A model generated the notes under the pieces. That model was not told the origin of the DNA and ran no database searches. It saw nothing but the letters and a program-made list of their open reading frames with translations. A stretch of DNA of 64,000 bases. It comes from an uncultured Verrucomicrobiae bacterium (GTDB lineage Bacteria; Verrucomicrobiota; Verrucomicrobiia; Chthoniobacterales; Chthoniobacteraceae). Position numbers and translations under genes: made by a program. The first letter of the stretch is position 1, and each line of letters opens with the position of its first letter. This document shows, piece after piece, positions 39,458-49,303 of the stretch. The DNA lies in contig CAVYKI010000010.1 in NCBI GenBank assembly GCA_963769025.1, positions 256,001 through 320,000 on the forward strand, given 5' to 3'.

Positions 39458-40666
39458 ATGAAGATGATCCCCCTCCTCCTCGCCATGTCCGCCACCTCAC
39501 TCGCAGGAGCGCCGGAGCCGAAATTCACGCCCCAGGATATCGATGTGAAAATCGAAATCGGCTACGGCGTCGCGGTCGCGGACGTGGATGGCGACGGGAA
39601 GCCGGACATCCTGCTCGCGGACAAGAAGCAGTTCGTGTGGTACCGGAATCCCGGCAAGCGCGGCGTGCCTTGGGACAAGTTCATCCTCGCGGAAAACCTC
39701 ACCGAGAAGGACAACGTGTGCATCGCCGCGCGCGACATCGACGGCGACGGGAAATGCGAAATCGCCGTCGGCGCCGAGTGGAATCCCGGCGACACGGTGA
39801 ACAGCGGCGCGGTCTTTTACCTCATCCCGCCCGCCGACCGGACGCAGAAGTGGGAGGCGGTGAAATTTCCCAGCGTGGAGCCCACGACGCATCGCATGAA
39901 GTGGGTGAAGCGCGGAGACGGTCGCTTTGATCTCGTCGTCGTCCCGCTGCATGGCCGCGGCAACAAGAACGGTGAAGGTGCCGGGGTGAAGATGCTGTCT
40001 TACCAGAAACCCTCGGACCCGCGCGGTGAATGGAAGTCGGAAGTCGTCTGCGACGCGATGCACATGACGCACAATTTCGACGTGTTTGAGTTCCCCGAGG
40101 ACAAGGGCCGCGAGCATCTGCTGATCGGCGGGAAGGAAGGCATTTCATTCGTCATGCAGGAGGATGGCCAGTGGAAGTGCCGCCGCGTGGTCGAGCACTC
40201 GGAATACACGCCGCCGCCGCCGGGAGCGGGCGAAGTGCGGATCGGATGGATGCCGCAGGACGGAAAGCCGGTGCCCTTCGGCGTCGCCGTGGAGCCGATG
40301 CACGGCAACATGCTCGCATTTTACAGGCAGGACCCCGCCAAGACCGACAGCAAGACGCCGCCGCGTATGGTGCTCGATCCGACACTCGAGGACGGACACG
40401 CGCTCGCCTGCGGCGACGTGCTCGGCCTCGGGCGCGACCAGGTCGTCGTCGGCTGGCGCGCAATGCAGAAGAAGGGAGCGAAGGTTGGGATCAAGCTCTT
40501 CGCGCCCGACGCCGGCGGCGACAAATGGACGCAGCACCTGATCGATGACAACACGATGGCCTGCGAAGACCTCGTGCTCGCGGACCTCAATGGCGACGGG
40601 AAACTCGACATCGTCGCGGCCGGCCGCGCGACGAAGAACGTGAAGATCTACTGGAACGAGCGGTAG
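39458..40666 (+). CDS. Exported FG-GAP/VCBS-repeat beta-propeller protein
   Basis: Repeated DxDGDGKxDI motifs, HRMKW, EPMHG, GHALACGD. Signal peptide. Confidence 0.82.
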   Translation: MKMIPLLLAMSATSLAGAPEPKFTPQDIDVKIEIGYGVAVADVDGDGKPDILLADKKQFVWYRNPGKRGVPWDKFILAENLTEKDNVCIAARDIDGDGKCEIAVGAEWNPGDTVNSGAVFYLIPPADRTQKWEAVKFPSVEPTTHRMKWVKRGDGRFDLVVVPLHGRGNKNGEGAGVKMLSYQKPSDPRGEWKSEVVCDAMHMTHNFDVFEFPEDKGREHLLIGGKEGISFVMQEDGQWKCRRVVEHSEYTPPPPGAGEVRIGWMPQDGKPVPFGVAVEPMHGNMLAFYRQDPAKTDSKTPPRMVLDPTLEDGHALACGDVLGLGRDQVVVGWRAMQKKGAKVGIKLFAPDAGGDKWTQHLIDDNTMACEDLVLADLNGDGKLDIVAAGRATKNVKIYWNER

Positions 40667-40851
40667 CAAGTGAGGAAGCGGCTTCGCTGCGTTCCATCCA
40701 CGGCCATTGGGCGACAGCCATCCCTCTGGCCCTGCGTTGTGCCGCCGCGTTCGACGCATCGCATCGGCGACTGCAAAACAAGGCGGGTCTGTGATTGTAA
40801 AATCCCGCGAAGACAGGGAGGTTAATCACCAACACTCAACCGGAGAACATT

Positions 40852-40944
40852 ATGGCCAAAGGAAACAACAGTCACAAAAAGGAAACCAAGAAACCGAAGA
40901 AGGAGAAGCCGAAGGCTCCGCTCGCGACACGCAGGGGTTCCTGA
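40852..40944 (+). CDS. 30-aa Lys-rich small protein MAKGNNSHKKETKKPKKEKPKAPLATRRGS
   Basis: GGAG Shine-Dalgarno 6 nt before the ATG, in an otherwise empty intergenic region. Below the ORF-track cutoff. Confidence 0.6.
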   Translation: MAKGNNSHKKETKKPKKEKPKAPLATRRGS

Positions 40945-41062
40945 CGGAACGCCTGATGACGGACCGGCGGTTCATCGTGCTCATCAACAACGGCGCGGCT
41001 TCGTCATCACCGGTCCATCTTGCAGTGACCAAAGCGAATCGGGCGGTGTAGGAATTCATCCG

Positions 41063-41293
41063 ATGCCTTCGCCCTCTGCCCATCCGCGTGATCCACTGCA
41101 CGGGATCACGCTGGAGAAAATCGTCACCGAGCTCGTCGCGCGCCATGGCTGGGCCGCGATGGGTGATCGCATCCCGGTCCGCTGTTTCCAGATCAATCCG
41201 AGCGTAAAGTCGGCCCTGACTTTTCTGCGGAAGACCGAATGGGCGCGCAAGCGCGTCGAGGCGTGGTTCATCGAGGAGCAGCCGGGGCAGTAA
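41063..41293 (+). CDS. VF530 / DUF2132 family putative DNA-binding protein
   Basis: DPLHGITLE....L....GW..........CF..NPSVKS.L.FLRKT.WAR..VE. Confidence 0.88.
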   Translation: MPSPSAHPRDPLHGITLEKIVTELVARHGWAAMGDRIPVRCFQINPSVKSALTFLRKTEWARKRVEAWFIEEQPGQ

Positions 41294-41405
41294 GCTTCGT
41301 GGAGAGGCGTACGGCTGGAACGCACGCCCCGTCGCCCTCGAAATCGCAGCATTCGCGAGGGCGCGCGATTGACCCGCACGCGCGCACGCCCTAGACGGCA
41401 CGGCG

Positions 41406-42600
41406 ATGTCTCTGAACAAAAAATTTCCGCGTCTGCTCCCGACCTCGATCGGCAAAGGCTGGACGGTCACCGATCTCGTGGACGATTCCTTCAAGGCCTA
41501 CAACGGCGGGCGGCTCGCCGAGGCGTGCCGGCTTTTCACGCAGAAGATGGTCGCGGGCAACGGCACCGTGGGCATGTCGCTCACCGGCGCTCTCACGCCC
41601 GCGGGGCTGGGCAAGGCGGCGATCATCCCGCTGATGAAGGCGGGCTTTGTGGACTGGATCATTTCGACGGGCGCGAATCTCTATCACGACATGCACTACG
41701 GGCTCGGGCATGGAGATGTATGCGGGCTCGCCGTTCCTCGATGACGTGACGCTGCGGAAGGAGGGCATCATCCGGATTTACGACGTGCTGTTCGACTACG
41801 ACGTGCTGCTGGATACGGATGCGTTTGTGCGCGAGGTGATCCAGGGCGCGGAGTTTCAGCGGACGATGGCGACGGATGAATTCCACTGGCTGCTCGGAAA
41901 ATACGTCGCGGCGCGGGAGAAGAAACTCGGCATCAAGGAAACGAGCGTGCTGAGCGCGGCGTATCACTACGGCGTGCCGATTTTCACGAGCAGCCCCGGC
42001 GACAGCAGCATCGGCATGAATGTCGCTGCGATGGCGCTGCGCGACTCGAAGCTGCTCATGGACGTGAACCGCGACGTGAACCAGACGGCGGCGATCGTGT
42101 ACGACGCGAAGTCGAGCGGCGAGATGAGCAGCGTGTTCATCCTCGGCGGCGGGTCACCCAAAAATTTCATGCTGCAGACCGAGCCGCAGATCCAGGAGGT
42201 CATGGGCATCGAGGAACGCGGGCACGATTACTTCCTGCAATGCACCGACGCGCGCCCAGACACCGGCGGCCTGAGCGGCGCGACGCCGGCCGAGGCGGTG
42301 AGCTGGGGCAAGATCGATCCGGACAATCTCCCCGACTGCGTGGTGTGCTACGCGGACTCGACGATCACGCTGCCCATCATCACCGCCTACGCGCTCACGA
42401 AGGTGAAGCCCCGCAAGCTCAAGCGGCTCTACGACCGGCGCGACGCGATGCTGGAGAAGGTGCGCGAGATGTATTTCAAGCACGGCCGCGTCGCGAAGAT
42501 CGAGCACCGCACGGACCTAGACAAAAAGAAGAAGCCGAAGAGGGGCGTGAAGGGCCGCAGCGGCCGCAGCGTGACCGGGACGAAGCGCGATGCCAAATAG
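41406..42600 (+). CDS. Deoxyhypusine synthase-like protein (probable homospermidine synthase, SpeY type); one apparent frameshift at ~41708
   Basis: [47 protein letters not shown] (catalytic Lys). Confidence 0.88.
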
Positions 42601-43186
42601 CAGGGCCCGCCGCCAGCGCTCGCGCGAGGACTGGGTCTGCCACATCTTTGAGAGCGGCAGTCCGCTCTACGCCCACGTCGTCGGCACGCTCACGAAGGTC
42701 GAATTGGAAGTCGCGGACACGCCCGACCGCGTGGACCACGTGTGGATGACACTGGATGTCCCGCCCTGCGGGGCCGTCCTGCTCTCGGTGAACACGGTCT
42801 CGCGCCTGAACCGCAAGGCGGGCTTCGATCCGAGCGTCCGCGTGGCGGTCGTGAAGACGAGCTACGCGGGGATGCCGGAGCCGTTCATCGAGGAAGCCAT
42901 GGGCCTGGACTACACGACCATCGAGGCGCAGTTCCACCCACGCTGGAAATCCTACGAGCACGACCCGCTCGCCGAATTGCTCATGGAGCGGGCAAGCGCC
43001 GCGCTGCGCATCGAGGCCTGGGGCGAAACCTACCGGGATCCACACCTCGGCCTCCACCAAATCCACAGCCGTCGCGCAAGCCGCGCCGTGAAGACAGACC
43101 TCATCGGCCACGACGGTGCACTGCGATTCTACCTGCCCGACGGCCGCGCCGAGATGTTCCTATTCAAATACTGCGGCCAGCCGTAG
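42590..43186 (+). CDS. Hypothetical protein, weakly DUF2278/YukJ-like
   Basis: Overlaps the upstream gene end. AWGE.Y..GLHQIHS..DGAL pattern. Confidence 0.55.
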   Translation: MPNSRARRQRSREDWVCHIFESGSPLYAHVVGTLTKVELEVADTPDRVDHVWMTLDVPPCGAVLLSVNTVSRLNRKAGFDPSVRVAVVKTSYAGMPEPFIEEAMGLDYTTIEAQFHPRWKSYEHDPLAELLMERASAALRIEAWGETYRDPHLGLHQIHSRRASRAVKTDLIGHDGALRFYLPDGRAEMFLFKYCGQP

Positions 43187-43198
43187 TCGCTATTTGAA

Positions 43199-43653
43199 AA
43201 TAGCCCATCGCTTCAGCGCTGGGATTTGGTCCAAAGAATCGCGAAAAGTCCCGTCAGGGACGGCAGTTCTTGATCTTCTTGCGCGGTAGCCTCGCATGCA
43301 CTTTATCTGAGTAGTAGTAGCACAGCCGCCACGGCGGCAGGTCATGCGGCAAGAGCCGCCACGCGCACCCGCTGCGCACCACGTAGAAGATGGCATTGAG
43401 CACCAGCCTCCGGTCGTGGCGCGGTGGCCGCCCAAGCTTCGCCGGCACGTTCATCAGCGGGCGCAACAGCTCCCATTCCACTTCATTGAGGTCACTCGGA
43501 TACGGTTCTTGGTTCGGCATCCCAAGCTTTCCACCCCATTCCTCCAATTCGTACAAGTACTAAAATGACCATAGTGCAGACTTTTTGCACAGTCTCTGAC
43601 GGGACTTTTTCATTTCTCCACGCGGAAACCCAGTGCTGAAGCACTGGGCTGTT
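43199..43653. repeat. Inverted miniature element whose two arms flank the IS remnant
   Basis: Left arm AGCCCATCGCTTCAGCGCTGGG..AAAAGTCCCGTCAG. Right arm revcomp AGCCCAGTGCTTCAGCACTGGG..AAAAGTCCCGTCAG. Confidence 0.75.
43311..43596 (-). mobile_element. Truncated IS5-family element (left end plus ~70 codons of DUF4096-type transposase)
   Basis: YPSDL..EW..L.P..GRP..D.R.VLNAIFYVVRSGCAWRLLPHDLPPW..YYY, then similarity stops. Candidate terminal IR GAGACTGTGCAAAAAGTC. Confidence 0.88.
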
Positions 43654-43684
43654 ATCGGACGATTCAAACGCTCCCACGCGGAAG

Positions 43685-45442
43685 CTAGCCGATATTCCCC
43701 TTCTTCATCTCCTCCATCAGGTAGTCGCACGCGCGCCATGCGAGCGCGAGGATGGTGAGCGTGGGATTCTTGTAGGGGTTTGAGACAAATGGCCCGCCGT
43801 CGGTGACGAAGACATTCGGGCATTCCCACGTCTGGCACTGCGAATTCGTCACGCCCTCCTTCGCGGTCGCGGACATGCGCGTGGTGCCGATTTCGTGGTT
43901 CACCGAGCCACCGGTGGTAATGGCCTTCGCTCCATCCGTCTCCAGCTTTTCGTTCACCTTGCCGCCCATGCCCTCGATGATTTGCGCGAAGGTCTTCTGC
44001 ATGTGCAGCGCCTGCTTCAGTTCGTGATCGCTCCACTCGAAATGGAAACGCAGCACGGGGATTCCCCAGCGATCCTTTTTTTCCGGGTCGAGTTCGCAGA
44101 AGCTTTTCTCATTCGGGATCATCTCGCCGCGCGCGTGGAAGCTCACGATGGAGCCGTAGTAGCGCCGGGCCTCCTCCTTCATCGCGCGACCGTAAACCGT
44201 CTTCGACGGGATCTGCACGCTCGCGCCGGGCATCGTGCGGCTGCTGCTCCAGCCCATGTAGTAGCCGCGCGCAAAGCCGAGCTTGCCCGCGAGCTGATCC
44301 GCATACGGCCACCACGGCGCGTAGAGGTGAAAGGCGGACGTGCCGTCGTCATTGTGCGGCGGGCAGTTTTCGAGCGCGGGGATCTGCCCGCTCAGCGCGC
44401 CGCCCGTGCTGTCCGTGAGCCATTTCCCGAGATGTCCGCTGCCGGCGCCGATTCCATTCGGGAAATTCGCCGACTTGCTGTTCATCAGGATGCGCGTGCT
44501 CTCCAGCGCGCTCGCGGCGAGGATGACAATGCGCGCCTTCACGTGCTCCTCCTTGCCAGTCGTGCGGTCGATGAAATGCACACCGGTCGCCTTGCCGGAT
44601 TTGTCCACGGTGACCTCGCGCGCCAGCGCGTCGGTGATCACGTCGAGGTTGCCCGTCTCGATGGCCGGCGGGATGAGCACGGTCGTGCTCTGGAAGTTCG
44701 CCTTGATCGAGCAGCCGCGTCCGCATGGCGTCGCGTAAAAGCACGCCGCGCGATTGTTCAGCGGCTTCGTGAGAATCGCGAGGCGCGACGGCACGACGGG
44801 GATGCCGAGCTTTGTCGCGGACTTCTTGATCAGCAGCTCGTAGCCGCGCGGCTTCGGCGCGGGCTGAAAGAAATCGCTGTCCGGCGCGTTCTCGATGCCC
44901 GCCTTTTCGCCGAAGACGCCGATGAGCTGCTCGACCTTGTCGTAATACGGCGCGACATCCTCGTAGCCGATCGGCCAGTCGAAGCCGAGCCCGTCGCGCG
45001 ACTTCGGCTTGAAGTCATACGGCCCCATGCGCAGCGACACGCGGCCCCAGTGGTTCGTGCGCCCGCCGAGCGCGCGCGACCGCCACCACATGAAGTTCTG
45101 CGTCGGCTTCATGCGGTTGCCATGCGTGGCCTCGACCCACGAGCCGTTGGCGAGCGATTTCACCATGTACGGCTCGTCCTTCACGACCCAGCCGCCGTTC
45201 ACCGTCGCGTCGAAAAACCCGTTCGGCTTGTCCACCGTGCCCGCGCCTCGCAACGGCGCGTCCGCGTTCGTCTGGAACATCGGAGTCTCCATGATCGCGT
45301 CGTAGTTCCGACCGGCCTCGAGCATGAGCACCTTCATCCCCGCCTTCGCGAGGACGTATGCCGACATGCCGCCGGCCGCGCCGGAACCAACGACGATGGC
45401 GTCATACTTCGGCGCCGTCTTGCTTGCTGGGATGAATGCCAT
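43685..45442 (-). CDS. GMC family FAD oxidoreductase (glycoside 3-dehydrogenase-like large subunit)
   Basis: GSGAAGG, LGGRTNHWGR, CFYATPCGRGC, HEIGTTRM, NPTLTILAL. Confidence 0.92.
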   Translation of the reverse strand: MAFIPASKTAPKYDAIVVGSGAAGGMSAYVLAKAGMKVLMLEAGRNYDAIMETPMFQTNADAPLRGAGTVDKPNGFFDATVNGGWVVKDEPYMVKSLANGSWVEATHGNRMKPTQNFMWWRSRALGGRTNHWGRVSLRMGPYDFKPKSRDGLGFDWPIGYEDVAPYYDKVEQLIGVFGEKAGIENAPDSDFFQPAPKPRGYELLIKKSATKLGIPVVPSRLAILTKPLNNRAACFYATPCGRGCSIKANFQSTTVLIPPAIETGNLDVITDALAREVTVDKSGKATGVHFIDRTTGKEEHVKARIVILAASALESTRILMNSKSANFPNGIGAGSGHLGKWLTDSTGGALSGQIPALENCPPHNDDGTSAFHLYAPWWPYADQLAGKLGFARGYYMGWSSSRTMPGASVQIPSKTVYGRAMKEEARRYYGSIVSFHARGEMIPNEKSFCELDPEKKDRWGIPVLRFHFEWSDHELKQALHMQKTFAQIIEGMGGKVNEKLETDGAKAITTGGSVNHEIGTTRMSATAKEGVTNSQCQTWECPNVFVTDGGPFVSNPYKNPTLTILALAWRACDYLMEEMKKGNIG

Positions 45443-45481
45443 GGTGGGAGAAAGTTGAAGTTGAGCGCGAAGTCGTGTGCG

Positions 45482-46096
45482 TTACGCGAGCCCGAGGTGC
45501 TTGAGCACTTCCGGCGGCGGGCCGGGGAATTCGGCCATCGGCACGTTGCCGACGTAGCCGATGGCCTTCCAGCCCTCGGGCGTCGAGTAGTAGCCGCCGG
45601 CGGCGCGGTCGCGGAAGAGCTTGAAGAAATCGAAGCCCTTCTTGTGCGCGTCGGTGCCGGTTTTCACGATGTCGTCCACGAGCGCGGTCTGCTGCTCGGG
45701 CGTGGTGTCGGCGAAGACTTTGCCGGAGCGCTCCTTCGATTCACCGTCGAGCCACGCGAGGCCCTTTTGGATCACCGCGCGATCCTTTTCCTGCTGCTCG
45801 TAGGGCGCGCTCACCCATTCATCGATGAACTCTGTCACGCCGACCTTGCTCGCCGCCGGGCCGTGCTCGTCGGCGGGGATGAGGATGTCTGCAAACGCGG
45901 TGACGGCGCGCTTCTCCGTATCGTTCAGGATGAGCGGCCACGGGATTTCCTTTTTGAGCAAATTGGGATCGGTCCCGATGCCGCGCACGGGCGTGGCGGC
46001 GAAGGCGTTCAGTTCCATCGCAGTCAGCGCGACGGACACGCCGATGACGCGTTTGAGCGCCTCGCGGCGCGAAAGGGAGGAGGGTGCTGTGTTCAT
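45482..46096 (-). CDS. Gluconate 2-dehydrogenase subunit 3 family Tat chaperone subunit
   Basis: SRREALK leader, DILIPAD, EFIDEW, GYYSTPEG..IGY.GN. Confidence 0.9.
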   Translation of the reverse strand: MNTAPSSLSRREALKRVIGVSVALTAMELNAFAATPVRGIGTDPNLLKKEIPWPLILNDTEKRAVTAFADILIPADEHGPAASKVGVTEFIDEWVSAPYEQQEKDRAVIQKGLAWLDGESKERSGKVFADTTPEQQTALVDDIVKTGTDAHKKGFDFFKLFRDRAAGGYYSTPEGWKAIGYVGNVPMAEFPGPPPEVLKHLGLA

Positions 46097-46129
46097 GTCG
46101 TGATGAGGTTGGCGAATATCAGCGGTGTA

Positions 46130-46606
46130 TCAAAAAGGCCAATCCAGCCCGAGTCCGTCGCGCGACTTCGGCTCGAAATCATACGGCCCCATCCGCAGCG
46201 AAATGCGGCCCCAATGATTCGTCCGCCCGCCGAGCATCCGCGGACGCCACCACGTGAAATTCTGCGTCGTCCTTTTCGCATCCCAGTCCCTCGCCTCGTG
46301 CCAGCCCTGCTCCCCTTCGCGTTTCACCACGTAAGGCTCGCCCGGCACCGTCCAGCCGCCGTTCACCGTCGCGTCGAAAAATCCGAACGGCTTGTCCGGC
46401 GTCGCCGTCCCGCGCAGCGGCGCATCCGCATTCGTCTGGAACATCGGCGTCTCCATGATCGGGTCGTAGTTCCGCCCCGCCTCCAGCATGAGCACCTTCA
46501 CTCCGGCATTGCACAAGACGTAAGCCGACATCCCGCCCGCCGCGCCGCTGCCCACGATGATGACGTCGTAGCTCGGGAGCGTCTTGCGAGGCGTGATGAC
46601 GGGCAT
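46130..46606 (-). pseudogene. 3'-truncated paralog of the GMC oxidoreductase (158 aa)
   Basis: Closely parallels the N-terminus of 43685..45442 and stops at DGLGLDWPF*. Confidence 0.8.
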
Positions 46607-46710
46607 GGCGACGAGAAATGCACGACCTGTGGCGGCGATCAACATCCAACACTGGACCCACCCCAAGCCCGGCGCGTCTCCGCTCGCGCTTGGTCGCGAA
46701 TGCGGCAAGG

Positions 46711-47697
46711 ATGCGCGCCTTGATTACCGTCCTCCATCAACGCGGGCTGCATCTGCCGGGACACGACCTGTGGCTCGATCCGCAGCGTGCGCAGGCGCTC
46801 GCGTTTGTGTCGCACGCGCACGGCGATCACATCGCGCGGCATCGCGAGGTGCTGATGACGGCGGCGACCGCGCAATTCATGCGCGCGCGCATGTCCGGAA
46901 AACGCACGGAGCACGTCGTGGCGTTTCGCGAGGCGCGCAAATTTGCGGGCGGGCGCGCGACGCTGCTGCCCGCGGGGCACATCCTGGGATCAGCGCAGTT
47001 CTTTTTTGAAACGGACGCGGGTTCGCTGCTCTACACGGGCGACTTCAAGCTCACTCCGGGCCTCACCGCGGAACCGTGCGAATGGCGGCGGGCGGACACG
47101 CTGATCATGGAGACGACTTTCGGCCTGCCGCGCTACCGCATGCCGCCCCGCGCGGAAGTCGCGGCGCACATCGTTGCATTCTGCCGCGAGGCGCTCGACG
47201 CGGGCTCGGTGCCGGTGCTGCTCGGCTACTCGCTCGGCAAGGCGCAGGAGATCATCCGCATCGTGCTCGATGCGGGCCTCACGCCGATGCTGCACGAGTC
47301 CGTGTGGGAGATGACGGCGATCCATCGCGGCCTGTGCGCCGATTTTCCCGACGGGAGCATGCGCTTCCGCGCTTCGTCGGCGAAAGGACACGTGGTCGTG
47401 TTTCCTCCCAATGCCGCGACCGCACCGCTGGAAAGAATCGGCCCGCGGCGCACGGCGATCCTCACCGGCTGGGCGCTCGACCCCGGCGCAAAATACCGCT
47501 CACGCTGCGACGAGGCGTTCCCTCTGAGCGACCACGCGGACTACGACGAGCTGCTCCGCTACGTGGAACTCGTGCAGCCGAAACGCGTCCTGACCGTGCA
47601 TGGCTTCGCCTCGGAATTCGCGGCGGACCTGCGCCGCCGCGGGATCGAGGCGTGGGCGCTCGCGCAGGAGAACCAGCTCGAACTCAAGCTCGGCTGA
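46711..47697 (+). CDS. MBL/beta-CASP exonuclease, ligase-associated DNA damage response type
   Basis: SHAHGDH, PAGHILGS, YTGDFK, METTFG, YSLGKAQE, LSDHAD, TVHG. Confidence 0.87.
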   Translation: MRALITVLHQRGLHLPGHDLWLDPQRAQALAFVSHAHGDHIARHREVLMTAATAQFMRARMSGKRTEHVVAFREARKFAGGRATLLPAGHILGSAQFFFETDAGSLLYTGDFKLTPGLTAEPCEWRRADTLIMETTFGLPRYRMPPRAEVAAHIVAFCREALDAGSVPVLLGYSLGKAQEIIRIVLDAGLTPMLHESVWEMTAIHRGLCADFPDGSMRFRASSAKGHVVVFPPNAATAPLERIGPRRTAILTGWALDPGAKYRSRCDEAFPLSDHADYDELLRYVELVQPKRVLTVHGFASEFAADLRRRGIEAWALAQENQLELKLG

Positions 47698-47866
47698 AAT
47701 CGAGGGCGACGGTTCAATGGCGTTTCCACCGCTCCTTCCTCGACGCGTGACAGCCGCCAAATTCTCCCGGCCCGAGGATGACCCTTTTCAAGCCAGCCAG
47801 TAATCTGACAGAAGACACGCGTCCGTTCGCATTCCAGCGTCACGGACTGATCACCCCATCCTCCCC

Positions 47867-49297
47867 ATGACACACCCCATCTTTCGCATCGTGCTGCTGG
47901 CCGTCCTCTGCGCGATGGCCGACCGCGCGTCTGCCGCGCAGAAGCCGAACCTCATCTGGATCATGGCCGACGATCTCGGCTATGCCGATCTCGGTTGCTA
48001 CGGTCAGAAGGTGATCCAGACACCGCACCTCGATCGCATGGCGCGGGAAGGAATGCGATTCACGCACTTCTATGCAGGGGCCACGGTCTGCGCGCCGTCG
48101 CGCAGCGTGCTCATGACCGGGCAGCACCACGGCCACACGCGGGTGCGCGGCAATGCAGGGCCGACGAACCCGGTTGCGCAGGCGTTGCGCGAAGGCGACA
48201 TCACCGTTGCGCGAATGCTGAAGGACGCCGGCTACAGGACCGCGCTCATCGGAAAATGGGGCCTCGGCGATGTCGGCGCGGCGGAAAGCGGACTGCCGAA
48301 GAAGCAGGGCTTCGACCGCTTCTTCGGCTACCTGAACCAGGTGCACGCGCACAACCACTTCCCCGACTACCTGTGGGACGGCGACAGCCGGCGCGCGCTG
48401 CCGAACGTCGTCACCCCGGTGGGCGAGGCCGGTGGCGGCTACGCGACCGAGGCGCGGGTCTTCGCCGATGATCTCTTCGCGAACGAGGCGGTGAAATTCG
48501 TGACCGAGAACAAGGACCGTCCGTTTTTCCTCTACTGGAGCATGGTCGTGCCGCATGCGAACAACGAGCGCACCCGCGTGCTCAAGGACGGCGCGCACGT
48601 ACCCGACTACGGTCCCTACGCCGATCGTGACTGGCCGAATCCCGACAAGGGCCAGGCCGCGATGATCACGCGGCTCGACGGCTACGTGGGGCGGATGCTC
48701 GCGGAATTGCAGCGGCTCGGCATCGCGGAAAATACGCTCGTCGTTTTCACCAGCGACAACGGGCCGCACAACGAAAGCAACCACGACCTGAAACGCTTTG
48801 AGCCCTCCGGCCCGCTCACGGGCATCAAGCGCAGCCTCACGGATGGCGGCATCCGCGTGCCCTTCATCGCGTGGTGGCCCGGGAAAGTGAAGGCCGGCGC
48901 GGAATCGGCGCATGCGGCCTACTTCGGCGACTGGATGGCCACCGCAGCCGCGCTCTCCGGCGCGACGCCTCCGGCGAACATCGACTCCATCAGCTTCGCG
49001 CCCACGCTCCTCGGAGATGCGGCTGCGCAGAAAAAGCACGAGTTCCTCTACTGGGAGTTTCACGAGGGCGGCTTCAAGCAGGCCGCGCTTTACGACGAAC
49101 GCTGGAAGGGAATCCGCACCGGAGGACCCGATGCCCCGGTCGCGCTTTACGACCAGCAGAATGATATCGCGGAGAAAACCAACGTCGCCGCGCAGCATCC
49201 GGAGATCGCGGAAAAGATCGGCGCGTATCTCAAGACCGCGCGCACGCCTTCCCCCGATTGGGAACCGCGGTGGCAGAGCACGGGGAAAAAGAAGTGA
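47867..49297 (+). CDS. Arylsulfatase (Cys-type formylglycine sulfatase)
   Basis: ADDLG, CAPSR.VLMTG, GKWGLG, SDNG, KRSLTDGGIRVP. Confidence 0.93.
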   Translation: MTHPIFRIVLLAVLCAMADRASAAQKPNLIWIMADDLGYADLGCYGQKVIQTPHLDRMAREGMRFTHFYAGATVCAPSRSVLMTGQHHGHTRVRGNAGPTNPVAQALREGDITVARMLKDAGYRTALIGKWGLGDVGAAESGLPKKQGFDRFFGYLNQVHAHNHFPDYLWDGDSRRALPNVVTPVGEAGGGYATEARVFADDLFANEAVKFVTENKDRPFFLYWSMVVPHANNERTRVLKDGAHVPDYGPYADRDWPNPDKGQAAMITRLDGYVGRMLAELQRLGIAENTLVVFTSDNGPHNESNHDLKRFEPSGPLTGIKRSLTDGGIRVPFIAWWPGKVKAGAESAHAAYFGDWMATAAALSGATPPANIDSISFAPTLLGDAAAQKKHEFLYWEFHEGGFKQAALYDERWKGIRTGGPDAPVALYDQQNDIAEKTNVAAQHPEIAEKIGAYLKTARTPSPDWEPRWQSTGKKK

Positions 49298-49303
49298 GCC
49301 AGA

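Noticed and set aside
39101..40666. 521-aa ORF as a single protein
   Set aside because: Artefact of the yhbY frameshift. The FG-GAP gene has its own start and signal peptide at 39458.
2654..42600. Functional link between the GSP-synthase-like ligase and the homospermidine synthase-like gene
   Set aside because: They are about 37 kb apart with no linkage evidence.
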